This document shows, in pieces, positions 25,206 to 39,574 of a DNA stretch of 64,000 nucleotides (positions are counted from its first letter, which is position 1; every line of letters begins with the position of its first letter). Made by a program: the position numbers and the translations under genes. The DNA comes from Octopus vulgaris (Eukaryota): contig OX597832.1 of assembly GCA_951406725.2 (NCBI GenBank), positions 10,664,001 to 10,728,000 of the forward strand. The letters run 5' to 3'. A model generated the notes under the pieces. It saw only the letters and a program-made list of their open reading frames with translations, had not been told where the DNA came from and did not search any database.

Positions 25206-26338
25206 ACATACACACACAAGGAAGAGTAATATACATATATGTATGTGTGTGTGTGTGTGTGTGTGTGTTTATTTGTATCAAGGGGTGAACAGGAATCTCA
25301 GCCAGATCACAATGATATTAGATAATTGACAATGTATGATTAAACTTGTAAAATAGGTAAGAATTCCTTTGGAACTTTCTCCGCAAAAGAGACACATACG
25401 CACACATGTACGTATACATATGTTGTGTGTGCAGTTATTAAGCTAATGTATATATATAGAATGGATATGTGTCGATTAGGAAGGGAAACCGAGTATCATT
25501 ACATTTTCCAGGATGTAGCACGCTTATGGTCAGAATATAGGAAATATTTCTTAGAACGAAGAACTCGCCCGAATGCATGTATGTAACTATATTTTGCTAG
25601 TTGTATCATTGTGCCATGTGTCTAAGCAAAAGTATATCTTTGCTGCACAGACATAGACCAGTGCGAGATCATGGTTCGTGTTTCTGGAACGGGTTGTGCA
25701 TTCTGTTATTGAGTAAAAGACTTGCGTATTCAGACAACGCCGAGAGGGAGTTGATGTAAAGCTTATACATTTAATCACTACAAAGAAATTATGGGTAGTT
25801 CAGCAAGAAAAGGCGGACACGTCTTTCTTGGACTACAAGAGAATTCCAACACACGCATACACACAACACATATACTCACGCATAAACAAACACATGCCAC
25901 GTATGATTGTGTGTGTGTCCTTGCGTGCGCGCTCGCTTGTGTATACATATTTATCGAAATGGTTCTGTAGTAAATGTTAAACTAAATTTATTTTAAGAGA
26001 AATTAAGAAAATAAATTCTAATTCCGACATTTATTTGTTGATTAATTGTAAATGTTGTGCTTAAATTATCTCATCGAAAACTGCAAACATAAATATTTAA
26101 ATAATCGTCCGTGTGTTAACACATACCTCCTTACGACAACGTAAACATCATTTAATCAAGATACACTTAGTTCTAAATGTAGCCTGCAGTATACACTACG
26201 CTAGGATATCCACTACTTCCGGGGTTCCACTCCCTACGAAACGCATGTATTTCGGATATTATCTACTCCATTCGTTAACTCTTGTATGCGCGTCTGTATG
26301 TGTTTCTATATGTGTGTGTGTGTGTGTATGTATGCATT

Positions 26339-26371
<33 letters not shown>

Positions 26372-28204
26372 ATATATACACATATGTATACACACTCACA
26401 CACACATATATATATATATAAATATATATATATATGCGTGTGTGTATGGGATATTAACGTGTTGTGTTTAGCCGTTTAAGCCTACACAAGTTGTTGGCGA
26501 ATGTATACAGAAATATGCATTCCTTGAATTTCAGTGGAAAACAAATGAACGGCTAAACAAATAAAATCCCAAAAGAAAATACTCTAAAGGATATCTCTGT
26601 ATATGTTCCAACACATTTTGGAAGAACTGCATACATGTAATGGGGAGGCTATAACATATTTTCACACTTGCACTTAATTTGGTTTGGCATTTGCCTATCG
26701 GTGGAAACGTCAAGTTTGGCAGAGTGTGAAATAAACTCAGTATAATCTAAAGTTTTAATTCGCGAGCTTTCCTTAGAATTTTTTGTTTATTTTACGTTAC
26801 ATTTGAAGCTTCATTAAAATATTGTGTTATGTGAGTGTATGTATTTGTCAGTATTATTGTGTGAGTATATGCATATATACATATATATATGTGTGCGTGT
26901 GTGTGTGTGTGTGTGCAAATATATATATATATATATATAATGTAAAAGAAGAAAATATGGGATTGGGAAGTTAATAATTGTACACATACATGTTCATATT
27001 TATAGGTATATATATATATATATATGTATAAATCCATACATGCGTATATGTCGGTATGCATATATATATATATATAAGTTTATATATATATATATATAAG
27101 TTTGTATACACGTGCGTGTGTGCGTTTATATAAGCTCATGTCTGAGTGTTTCTATACACATGACAGGCGCATGCACCTACATATGCATGCCTGTAACCTA
27201 CTAAGATTCATGCTTCTTGTTGCAGAAAACTTATTATATAATAAAAACATCATCGTGTGTGGTTTCACAAACAGTGTCTTTAAGAATACATCGTGTTAAC
27301 AGGTCACCGTTGCTTTCATAATGATAACGATGTTAACAACAACAAAATGAACATTGATAATACGAACTAATTTATTATTTTAAGCGCTTCTATAACGTAG
27401 TAGCATTAATGTTAGGTTGTAGTTAGCATTAGTGCTATTATTTTAGTGCAGAAAAGATGTGTAACTTATATTATTTTCATGATATTGTTTATGATTTTTA
27501 TCGTTGATAGCATTGTTGTTATTGATATGGATGTTCATTTTATTCAAGTTTTTTAAATCATAAAAATTGTTTCAGATTTTTACACAAGGCTAATAATTTT
27601 GATGGAATTATGCTAGTAGATTACATCAACAACTCTATTTAACTGCTACTTTGTCAATCGCGAAAGAACGCCATCAATGTTGAATTCGATATGATTTTGT
27701 CTAGTGCGTTCGCATGTGAGAGAAATTCGAAGTTACAGACCACTACTTCTAATTCTTATGAACAGTAATACAACGGATTACAAGTGGTCATTTCCAACGT
27801 TTAACAAATGACATTATATCTGGTGTTGCTTTGCCTGATATCAAGGGGGACTAAATATATTAAAACCATGACCATCGTTTTTGCTTTCGTGCGCGACAGG
27901 AGCCAGGATCGAATTATTTATTTGCATTCTTGATGAGGTGAGATATGAGAAGAATCCTAGTAATCGATCGACTATTACAATTTTACTCGAGCAGCTCAGA
28001 TTGTTCCTATTTGCGTTATATTGCGTTATATTATAAAATATAAAAATATAAGTAATAAAATAAATTAACAATATGATCGATTGTGTCAACTACAACTTCT
28101 CACTAAAAGGTCAACATGCCCGAAATAAAACAGTTTACACATGTGTATGTTCAGTTGCATACTACGCTGCATTTTCATATATGAGAGTTTATCATTGAAC
28201 TATC

Positions 28205-28408
28205 ATAGACACATATACATACATACATATACAAACATACATATACATACATATATACACATGCATACAGACACATACATACATACACATACATACATAT
28301 GCATACATATACATAAAAACATATACATACATATACATACATACATACATACATACATATACACACACACACATATATATATATATACAGAGAGAGAGAG
28401 AGAGAGAG
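28205..28408. repeat. (CATA)n/(CA)n/(GA)n compound microsatellite
   Basis: Direct reading. Confidence 0.93.
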
Positions 28409-29302
28409 AAAGCGCAGATTATTGGTATGTATGGGGAGGTGAGGTAACATTCCTTTCAACATTGCGCTCATTTATTCAATACCATTTAGTGAACCAATAC
28501 TAAAGTCTTCGAAGGAATTATGGCAGAAAGATTGAAGTGACTATGCTGAACTTAAGATGGAAAAGATACGTATTAGCCTCTGATGTATTATTCGTGAGAT
28601 TGGAAATTGGAAATCTGATGAGAATCTAGCTTTATAATTTACAACAAAACTGCATTTCATAGCCACGTGATCTGGCGGACTGTTATCTCAAAAGTGCAAT
28701 TTAGAATATAATGTATCTCAATCACAAATGGAATTTGAGCGTGACTTTCCACTTCCGTATGGATTCACCGTTGTTAAATGCAATGTCTTATCAAAAACTG
28801 TTAGTATGTTGTTTCCCTTGCTCGAAGCACTATCCTTCATTGTATGGGGCAAAGGTAGAGGAAGAGGGTGAGTGTGGATACTCATCGTATACATCTGCAC
28901 ATATATAACAGAGCCCTTTGATATTCACGTACATGGAGACTAGGAGACCACGACTCGCCTACATAGAATAGACATCAAGTGATGTGTACTGTTGGTAAAT
29001 GATTTAATGCGTTATATACATTAAGTAAATCATTTGTAAATGACTTGACATATTATTTTTATTGTTTCTAAATGGTTTAGTAAATCATGCCTTAAATACT
29101 TAATATTCTCATTCATTGCTCATTATTTATCACTTAAAAATTTCTTATATCAAACAACGTTACTAGTAATATTTTATGGTAATTTGCTTCTAAGTAAAGT
29201 GTAAGATATTTAGAAAAAAACTTAAGTAACATGGAGAAACTTGTGGAGTTTATTATCATGTCGAGGTTTTCCGGACTGCTGGGCTTACTGTAAATTATGC
29301 AA

Positions 29303-29590
29303 TGCCTCGTGAATGGGTTTGATAGAGGGAAACTGAAAGAAGCTCTTCTAATATGTATATATATATATATACACACACACATACGTTGTGTGTCTGCGTC
29401 ACTTCGTGCCTGTGTTTGTGCCACACAACTGAGTGACGAATGGTGTTTTTACGAGGCCAGTAAAGGAGACCGTTTGGAAAAAAAAACAAAAAAACTAACC
29501 TACACCGAGACCGATTGGATCGACTAAAATGTCCCGAGCAAGTGCTCCAACATAGCCGTGCTCGAATGACTAAAAGAAGTAAAAAAAAAA
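29303..29590 (+). mobile_element. SINE family B, 5'-truncated and degenerate
   Basis: GGAAACTGAAAGAAGCTC..(TA)n..TCGACTAAAA..GTGCTCCAACATAGCCG..AATGACTAAAAGAAGTAAAA. Confidence 0.75.
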
Positions 29591-30117
29591 TACATATCCA
29601 ACAGAAACTAAGTAACTTGTAATAGAATACGAATAGAATAATATGCGTGTGAGGTTTAATTGTTTCAGTATGTTCCACCTGACAAACATTAACACAAAAT
29701 ATAAGTTATACATTAACGGCTGTAGATACTATCAGACAATTAGTAAGTGTTTATGAACTATTAAATATGCGATCCGTGTGAAACATCCAATTTATCAGTA
29801 TAATTATGATGTAAAACATTGGCAAATGTCGATAACCACACAACATATAGTTTATGCATTACGGACGAAAACGAGCAGCAATTTAATAACTCATTCAACA
29901 AGTGGAATAAAGCCAAATCTCCTCCACATTATCCTCAAAACGCCGTAAATATCTAAGGACACATTGAGCTGGTCGGACATTGCCGGCGCAAAAATTTTGT
30001 AATGGGCATAGCAGGAAATACTTTCTTCGTAACCCTGTTTCTTCGGCACTCGCATGTGCATAAATAACAGCGTATACAATATTAACACCCTCTCACTTGT
30101 TTGATCTGTCTTTCTGA

Positions 30118-30522
<405 letters not shown>

Positions 30523-33500
30523 TAACTACTTGTTTGTCTCTCTGTATGTATGTATGTATGTCCATTTAGCTATGCATTTCTTTCTCTCTCTCTCTCTCTC
30601 TATCTCTACCTATCGGTTTATTTATCTATCTATCTGCCTCTCTATTTAGCTCTCTATCAACTTTTGTTTCTATCTGTCAGTGAATCTAAATTTGTACCTA
30701 ATTAAACTTCCTGCTAGAATTCATAAAATCAATACATCCTTTCATGGGGCAAACTGAAAATACATGTATCTTTTAATCTGGTGCTAATCTGCAACAAAAA
30801 GTGTCACATAATCTATTAGATTATAACTAACCAACGGCAAGGCAAGTTATTCGCCCGCCGCAATGCAGCCTAGTATGAGCTGTTACACTATGATTGCTTC
30901 TGTTGAAATAAAACATTGTTTAACGGTGATCACATCTGGCTTATACGTTTATAGTATTGTGTATTTGAAGATACTGTGCTCGACATATGCATATTACGCT
31001 ATTTGTTACTTCGCTATTTGATATTCCTTCTTAGAAAAAAACCAAGCAACAAAACAGAAATCAAGCCATGAGCAAGACCGACGTAATTTCAATTACATTT
31101 CCGATCATTGATAGCTGGACTTGGGGCTACACAACAACAAACGCGTTAACTGATATCACTGGTAACGTTTTTTTTTTTTTATATTCAAAGGGGAAGATGA
31201 AACAGATTTGATGATGGCGGAAATGAAAATTTGTATGTAAATACACTTATACTGCATTGTGACCAGTTCTGTAGCCTTATGACATTCATCTTTCTTTTTT
31301 TTTTCTTTTCGATATACGTTGCTTTGACATATACTTATTCGTTAGATGCAAGAAGTCAATAATCGGTCTAATGAAATGCTTCTATGCATAATTCCCCGTT
31401 TCTTTTTTTCTTGTCACTCATCCATATTTGATTTCTTCCCACAAAACTTTAGCCATAGTTAAGTACACACTAGTGTTAATACAATATATAAAATAAAATC
31501 TGCTTAAAGAATAAAAAATAGTAAAAAGTTTCCAATATATATTTCTGAAGACTGAAAATGATGAAATTTTTCCGGAAATATCAGAACTATTTTTTGTACT
31601 ACGAACAAGAGAATGAGAAACACGACGTCTGATGACGCATGATAAAGCGTAGATTTTTAGATGTGACTAACACACAGGAAGACCTAGAAGTTGTGCCTAT
31701 AATAATGCATAAGATTTGGTTGATATGATGCAAGTGTTACTTCAAAAGTTACAGGTTTAAGAATAAGGTGATAATTTTGTTTATAATTAGACATAATTAG
31801 ATACACACGCGCGTGCAAAAAACAAACAGGAAGGGGAACCCTAAAAATGTAATTATGGTTGTTACTGAAACATATACAATGTAACTTGGATAATTATGTT
31901 GAACCATTTGGCTTTAATTAATTGAAGGAACTATAATTGCCGCCTTACGGTGATACTTACTCTGCTGTGTGCTTTAAGCTATAATTGTAACGAGGTATTT
32001 ATAAATATGTGTGAATTTGTGTATTAAAACTTTTCTATTTACAATGATTATATCTTTCAATATATCTCATAATTACTTTGGTATTAGGTTAATTATTTAC
32101 TATACTAATATCATTCTAGGGTTTTACTTTCCGGAAACAAAAGTTCAGCTATCATCATTCAGCTGTATTTGTTGTTAAGGAAACCTTAAATATCCTGCAA
32201 GATGTTAGATGTTTATCGGGAAAATAGGAATGCATCATCTTACAGACAGGGGATTTATGTAAATATGGCTTCTATTTCTACCACATCCTTTGCCAGAATA
32301 GAGAATATTTCACTGGATAGTAAAGACAGATGTGACATTTGCTTGTAATTTATTTACACATTATTATTTATACATTTAATCTATCCGAAATTAGTTCTCC
32401 GTCATAAAACAAGGACCTATAAAGCAATTACGATACAGACCCAGTAGCGAAATGATCGATCAAAAATATTCCTTGGGAATTAATTTCGTGTTTGTGAATG
32501 AAAACCCATATCAGGCATTTTTGTCCTTTGAGAATCCACCATTACAGAAGTTTTATCGGTTGTGCGTAACAGGCAGCGCAAAATTCTTGGATTTTTGCCC
32601 TGCTATGCTACATATTTTCAAAGAGGAAAGAGATGAATTTAATTTGTTGAAAGATAAGATTTGAAATTTAACCTGTTCTTTTATAGCCCGTTGTTTGAAA
32701 TTTACCTTTATTAATGTCAATATTTACCTTCATATAATGTTATTTGATATGAAAATGCAGTATCTAAAGAGCTTAATCTTTTTGTTTAACCTGTGATAAT
32801 TCCATTGCGACATTCAACTCCACGATGAAAAGTATTAAAGCTTCAAAACAGAGGACATCAACATAATGATAAATCAATTCTATAATTTTAATAACCTTCC
32901 TGCAATTGCAATATCATACAATCTGTCGCTAACCCCGTTTGTTTTATTTCTATTTATGAGAAATTATAGCCTAATTACATCTGAAGTAGTGAAATCACAT
33001 CTGCCTCGGTTATGATATCTATAGGATTAAAATTTTATCGTGTTTCGCTAAAAATTATTCAGATTGGGAATTCATTTAGGGAAAAATATTTCATATCTGT
33101 GTTAACAGGTTGAAAGATTTAACGGGGAATTTTCGCAGTTCTGTTGATACGGCTTTTGATTATGCAAGAAAATTTCATAACGATAAGATGTTGAATTTCA
33201 ATCCATACAGTTGCCAGTATATTTTATTTATTCATTTTTATTCAAAAAATTCTCTTTTTTTACAATTCCTATAGCACTGACGTCTGTGCATTCATTAGAT
33301 TTTGAGATGTCAAACCATTACAATATGAGAGAATATTTGAAGGATTAAGTGCATTTACCAGGAATTCTTTTTATGAATGTTACATAATTAACTTAGAAAC
33401 TAGGAGAAAACATTCAGAGATAATAGAATGACAGATTAAATGATCCGTGTATAGTCCGTTATGGGCAGGTCAGCTCTGACATAGGAAAATCTATAATCAA

Positions 33501-33848
33501 AACTATTACATTTGACTGGTATTTTGCTGCTTCTTGAGCAAGTCGATTGAACAGGAAAAAAGTTTTCGCAATAGTAATTTGTTATGTTTCTTCAATGGAT
33601 GAACTGAGATTACATAAAATAATTATTAGCAATATATGTTTTGCGAACAAATATTATTCAATACATACACACAAAGACAGACACAAACACACACACGCGC
33701 ACGCACACGAATATATGTAGAGACATCATGGAGGAATGGTTAAGATACTTTCCACAGCATTGCATCTTCAGTAATATCTTGTGAATAAAATATTTTGGAA
33801 TACTCATCCACATACATTTTTTTTATTCAGGAATAGGTTTAGTTGACC

Positions 33849-34258
33849 AGTGGCTGTGTGGTAAGTTGCTTGTTTACCAACCACATGCTTCCGGGTTCAG
33901 TCCCACTGCGTGGCACCTTGGGCAACTGTCTTCTGCTATAGCCTTGGGCCGGCCAAAGCCTTGTGAGTGGATTTGGTAGACGGAAACTGAAAGAAGCCCG
34001 TCGTATATTTGTGTGTATATATATATATATATGTGTGTGTGTATTTGTGTGTCTGTGTTTGTTCCCCCAACATTGCTTGACAACCGATGCTGGTGTGTTT
34101 ACGTCCCCGTCACCTAGCGGTTCGGCAAAAGAGACCGATAGAATAAGTACTGGTCTTACAAACAATAACTCCTGGGGTCGATTTGCTCGACTAAAGGCAG
34201 TGCTCCAGCATGGCCACAGTCAAAGGACTGAAACAAGTAAAAGAGAAAAGAAAGAGAA
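33849..34258 (+). mobile_element. SINE family B, near full length
   Basis: GTGGCTGTGTGGTAAG..CCGGGTTCAGTCCCACTGCGTGGCACCTTGGGCAA..(TA)n(TG)n..GGGGTCGATTTGCTCGACTAAAGG..GAAACAAGTAAAAGAG. Confidence 0.93.
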
Positions 34259-36253
34259 TATATATATACAATCCAATTAAGAAGACAAAGAGAGATTCTT
34301 TAACGAATCTTCAATGATCATTTACAATTGTGTCTGAACCAGCTCTACATTCAACGCTAGTTCATGCAATCCATGCATACATATAGGTATACATAGACAG
34401 ACACACACACGCGCACAGACATGTATGTGTATGTAAACATAGAGGGATGGATGGATGTGTATATACACGAATTGTCGTAGAGATTTTTGAAACGGTTGAT
34501 TCCATTCAGTCGGGCCTTATTTGACTGCCGATATTTTGTGTGAGGAGTAACAACGCGTTTCGGATTGACTCTTTGTTATTCCCATTTTTATAAACATACA
34601 TATTTGTCATACATCAGTAAATATTTTCAACATTTTCCTGCAGCAAAACAAAGTAATATAAATAACAGAAATAATAAAGCTGCTAGTTAGGAATAATTTA
34701 CGCAGCCTATAGCTGTTTCACTAATAATTTATTTTATTGTATTCCCAATGCTGAATACACAAATATACATAGTAGACTGGGTAACATATTATTTCAAATC
34801 TGATCAGTCCCTACAGAAAAGTAAATTCATAGAAATTCTGAAAGTCAGGCAGGAGCTAATTTTATACAATTCTATTCACAACAGCTTGAATTAACGGCAA
34901 ATCTCCCCACAAATCACATGCTACTTTTTATAAACAGAAAATCAATGACTTATCAATGTTTTCCTTTACAATTCTGGATACACTTTATTCCAATAAAATG
35001 AAGATTTTGACGTCTTCAAAACCTTTGTTTCTGCCTCGGCTTTATATAGTTTAAAACGAAGAATTCCTACGTGTCAGTAAGTTTGGTTGTCTTGAACCGT
35101 CTAATATCAAAGATACATACCATTCGATGGACAAGTAAAATATATTTTTACATAACAACAAAATGCTAATCGTTTTCATTTCTTTTAAAACCAACGAATA
35201 TGTTTAATTATTGTTGAGGTTACAGTTACTTCAATATATTTCTCTGATTTAGGACAGTATCTGCAATGAGTAACAAGACAAATAGGTAACAATGATAGTA
35301 ACTCAAATGAACTCTGTGCACATATACAAGGGGAAGGAAACATGTTATGCTGTGGTACAAATGTCGATCTTTTATTCCATGATTGCTCCCGTTCATGTAG
35401 TCATCTTCAAGAAATATTTTATTTTTCTTATCTTTGTACACACGCGCGTGTGTGTGTGTGTGTGTGTTTGTGTGTGTATTTGTACGCGGGCGAATGGATT
35501 ACGACCCCATCATCGAGGCTAAAGCTTGGAGCCTCTAACATAGCTTTGTCATTGCATACATTTGTAGGTGAGTCTCCGTTCACCGACGTGCTTTTTTAAA
35601 GACGCCTCCGTCTCAGGTTTGAATCCACAGAAAACACAGATAAATATCTTCAAGAACTGCGAATCTTGCATATAATTTTCTTTTCCATATCAAATCTCAA
35701 TCCAGCCTTTCTTTAGTTATTTTTGTGCTACTAATGTCCTTACTGGAAATGTATGTGAAAATTACTAAAAAAAGCCTAGTATTTATAAATGAACATTATT
35801 CTGGACATTGGCATATCATCAGTTATGTTCTTTAATTACTTTATTACTAAGTCTGTTTATGCGTCGCATATAAATTCATGATCCCTATAAACAACCATAT
35901 ACCACATAAATCAGCCTTGATATTTCATGCGAGCTTTTGATCATATATACCCGCAATCACGAACGGCTGTTAATGCTACAAATCATAGTATTACAGGTAT
36001 GGTGTTTTCTCTGAGGTTTCATATGCTTCCAAAATACTACAAAAAAAAATAATAAATCCCCATAAACTGCGTGCCATTATTCACATGTCTCTGCAGTCGA
36101 GTCTGCCAAAATTTAAACAGCCACAATGAATACATCAACCCCGTAATATTTCGCGATGAAGTTAAGGCTATACTTCTAAAATTTGGTTATGTTTCATGCG
36201 CAGCAGAAATTAGAAGTAGGTGATGTCAGCAGAAGATATTTTACAAGTGATTT

Positions 36254-36485
36254 AAGGCGGCGAGCTGGCATAAACGTTAGCACGCCGGGTGAAATGCGTA
36301 GCCGTATTTCGTCTGCCGTTACGTTCTGAGTTCAAATTCCGCCGAGGTCGATTTTGCCTTTCATCCTTTCGGGGTCGATAAATTAAGTACCAGTTACGCA
36401 CTAGGGTCGATGTAATCGATTTAAACCGTTTGTCTCTCCTTGTTTGGCCCTTCTGTATTTAGCCCCATGTGGGTAGTAAAGAAAT
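36254..36485 (+). mobile_element. tRNA-derived SINE family C, full length, with TSD
   Basis: GGCGGCGAGCTGGC head, GAGTTCAAATTCC B box, central GCCTTTCATCCTTTCGGGGTCGATAAATTAAGTACC block (resembles the Nin-type SINE domain as I recall it). TSD TTTACAAGTGATTT at 36240-36253 and 36491-36504, extendable to about 20 bp with one indel. Confidence 0.93.
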
Positions 36486-37076
36486 AGATATTTACAAGTG
36501 ATTTTCACATATCATTTCATATGACAAGCGATACAAATTTCTATAGTAAAATAACATAAAATTATCCAAAGTGAGAGATATTCAACCATTATTTCTAGTA
36601 GTAAGAGTCAACACACTAAAGGTCTGTTTATACGTCACACATTTTCAATCAGGATAAGTTTAATACTATTTATATACTAAAATGTTTCAATAACTAGCTA
36701 TATTCTGTTTAATTAGGGGGTTAAACATAAATGCCCACATACATACCCATTATACTGGTTCACTATCAACTTTTCTATTCGACACTTGAATATTATAAAG
36801 TATAATAAGATAGCCACTGGTATTTAAGACACTTTATTTCAGAATTCTCAAATAAAACCAAAATAGCAAGCAGTTAATGTCGCTTCTATAGATGGATTTT
36901 AAAATAACTTGAGCAAACAAAAGGAAAGTCACTTCTTAAAGAAGCTGTCGTATTATGCATCACCTAAATATAAATAGGTGACACTACATTCTCAATTTGA
37001 CTTGTTCTGCTTATCTATATTCTGTTATTCTTCCTTGCCTTTTTCATTTCACTCCGTCTCTCTATTTTCGGCATAT

Positions 37077-37094
37077 ATGTGTGTGTGTGTATAT

Positions 37095-37146
<52 letters not shown>

Positions 37147-37186
37147 GCATATACATATACTGTATGTATATATATATATATGCATA

Positions 37187-37226
<40 letters not shown>

Positions 37227-37298
37227 CATGCATATACATATACTGTATGTATATATATATATATATATATATATACATACATGCATATACATATACTG

Positions 37299-37335
<37 letters not shown>

Positions 37336-37348
37336 GCATATACATATA

Positions 37349-37382
<34 letters not shown>

Positions 37383-37398
37383 GCATATACATATACTG

Positions 37399-37439
<41 letters not shown>

Positions 37440-37560
37440 GCATAAACATATGCATACATATATATATACGCATATATATATGCATAAACATATATATATA
37501 TATATATATATATAAAGTACATACACACACGCACACACATATATATATATATATATACAC
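37077..37560. repeat. Higher-order minisatellite built on (TA)n
   Basis: Unit TACATGCATATACATATACTGTAT followed by variable (TA)n, five times (about 37142, 37225, 37277, 37331, 37378); TATGCATAAACATATA-type units also recur. Confidence 0.93.
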
Positions 37561-38004
37561 ATTTGCGCGTGAGTAGCAAGACACATATTTTTATAATATA
37601 TTTATACATTTGCGTGTGTATATATGTGCGTGTATATGTCTCTCTCTACTGTTCTCGATTTCTCTCACTCTGTATGGTTATATATTTGTGTGTGCACATG
37701 TGCATTTTGAGGCGTGATTATGTGTGACTGCAGCTTATTAAATCTACCAACATACACAACGCTATATTTTATCGCTGCACCATTATAAAGGAATCGAGAA
37801 TGTTCGATATTTTGAGAAAGCTCAAATAAAACGTGTTGAGACCAACATCGAAATAAAATATGCTAGAATAAACTAAAACACTATATTGAATGTAATAACT
37901 AGAGGCGATCCAATAATATATACAACACCTACAAATATATAAACACACAGAATGCGCTTACCGACACACACACACAGATAAATAAAGTGAAATATTTTGT
38001 AACT

Positions 38005-38330
38005 CAGTGTGGTTAAGGAGCTTTTGCAGCATCTATCTGTTTCCGGTTCAGTTCCGTTGCCTAGCGTTTTAGTTGCAGTTTCAATACTATTGTTTGAGGT
38101 ACGTCACTTCTACTATGACCTAGTTTTTGAGTGTATGTGTGTTTGTCTTCCCACCAATTGACAATCCCTCTTCTTCACCCCACATCCTTTTACCATAGCG
38201 GGTCAAACCAAGTAACCGCTAGAATAAGAGCCAGACTTAGAAAAATAAATTTCCTGGTCGATACTTTTGACAGAACCAGAGAAGTGGGAGTCGCCAACAC
38301 AGCCGCAGTGCAATGAATAAAAGAGACCAT
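38005..38330 (+). mobile_element. SINE family B, old degenerate copy
   Basis: GTGTGGTTAAGGAGCTT..CCGGTTCAGTTCCGTTGC..GTGTTTGTCTTCCC..TAGAATAAGAGCCAGACTT..CAGCCGCAGT. Confidence 0.6.
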
Positions 38331-38363
38331 AAAGACAATAATATATTATAAATCTATTCAGTG

Positions 38364-38462
<99 letters not shown>

Positions 38463-38661
38463 GGCGCAGACGTAGCAGTGTGGTAAGGAGGTTGCTTCCA
38501 AAACGCATGGTTCCTGGTTAATTCATACTGCGTAGCGCCTGGATCTGGTCGATGTATTTATAACATATTGTTGTCTTTATGGTCTTCTACTATAGCATTG
38601 GGTCGACCAAAGTCTTCTGAGTGTATTTGGTAGACGGAAACTGAAAGAATCCCGTCATATC

Positions 38662-38696
<35 letters not shown>

Positions 38697-38913
38697 GTGC
38701 ATGTGTGTGGTTTGGTGTCTGTGTTTGTCGTCCCATCACCACTTGACAACCGGTTTTGGTGTGTTTACGTTCCCGTAACTTACCAATTCGCCAAAAGATA
38801 CGCATACAATAAGTACTAGACTTTAAAAATATGTCCTCTGGTCAATTTGTTCGACTAGAAACCCCTTTAAGGCGGTGATACAGGATGGCCGTAGTCAGAT
38901 GACTGAAAGAAGT

Positions 38914-38915
<2 letters not shown>
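38463..38915 (+). mobile_element. SINE family B, full length
   Basis: GGCGCAGACGTAGCAGTGTGGTAAG..TTGGTAGACGGAAACTGAAAGAATCCCGTC..(TA)n..GTCAGATGACTGAAAGAAGTAAA. Confidence 0.88.
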
Positions 38916-38946
<31 letters not shown>

Positions 38947-38949
<3 letters not shown>

Positions 38950-39230
38950 TCATTCCACATTTCTCCTCCTTTATACGGCCACACCTCGAATATTGCTGCC
39001 GCTTCTGGTCTCCCCATAGAAAACAAAACCTCTCGAAGATTGAATCCCCTCAGAGAGCACTCACTAAACGAATTAAGGTCATGCATAAGCTCGATCACTG
39101 GGTCCGCCTTAAAGCCTTGAAACTCTATTCTCTCCAGTGTCGCCGCGAGCGATACATTATTTGCACGATGTGGTGAATATACCGCCAGTATTGCCCAAAC
39201 GACCTGGACATTATTTTCAATCTTGCAAAC
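38947..39230 (+). pseudogene. CR1-group LINE reverse transcriptase C-terminal fragment
   Basis: NIIPHFSSFIRPHLEYCCRFWSPHRKQNLSKIESPQRAFTKRIKVMHKLDHWVRLKALKLYSLQCRRERYIICTMW*; matches the RPHLEY..WSP..QR.FTK.I..W.RLK.L.LYSL.RRRERY motif; flanked by (TA)n. Confidence 0.9.
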
Positions 39231-39291
39231 CAAATCCAAAAGCGAAATGTATATATATACATACATATATATGTATATATATATATATATG

Positions 39292-39523
39292 TTCTTTCTT
39301 TACTGCCCACAAGGGGCTAAACATAGAGGGGACAAACAAGGACAGACAGACGGATTAAGTCGATTACATCGACTGCAGTGCGTAACTGGTACTTAGTTTA
39401 TCGACCACGAAAGGATGAAAGGCAAAGTCGACCAGGGCGTAATTTGAACTCAGAACGTAACGGCAGACGAAATACGGCTACGCATTTCGCCCGGCGTGCT
39501 AACGTTTCTGCCAGCTCGTCGCC

Positions 39524-39526
<3 letters not shown>
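39292..39526 (-). mobile_element. SINE family C, full length
   Basis: Reverse complement aligns along the length of 36254-36485, including the TTTAGCCCC.TGTGGG.AGTAAAGAAA tail. Confidence 0.93.

Positions 39527-39574
<48 letters not shown>

Noticed and set aside
28995-29090. Cluster of TAAATCA/TGATTTA (Pbx-Hox-like) words with partial dyad symmetry
   Set aside because: Expected by chance in DNA this AT-rich; no independent support
37140-37440. Repeat-spacer pattern reminiscent of a CRISPR array
   Set aside because: Spacers are pure (TA)n, the repeat is itself microsatellite-derived, the context is eukaryotic and there are no cas genes
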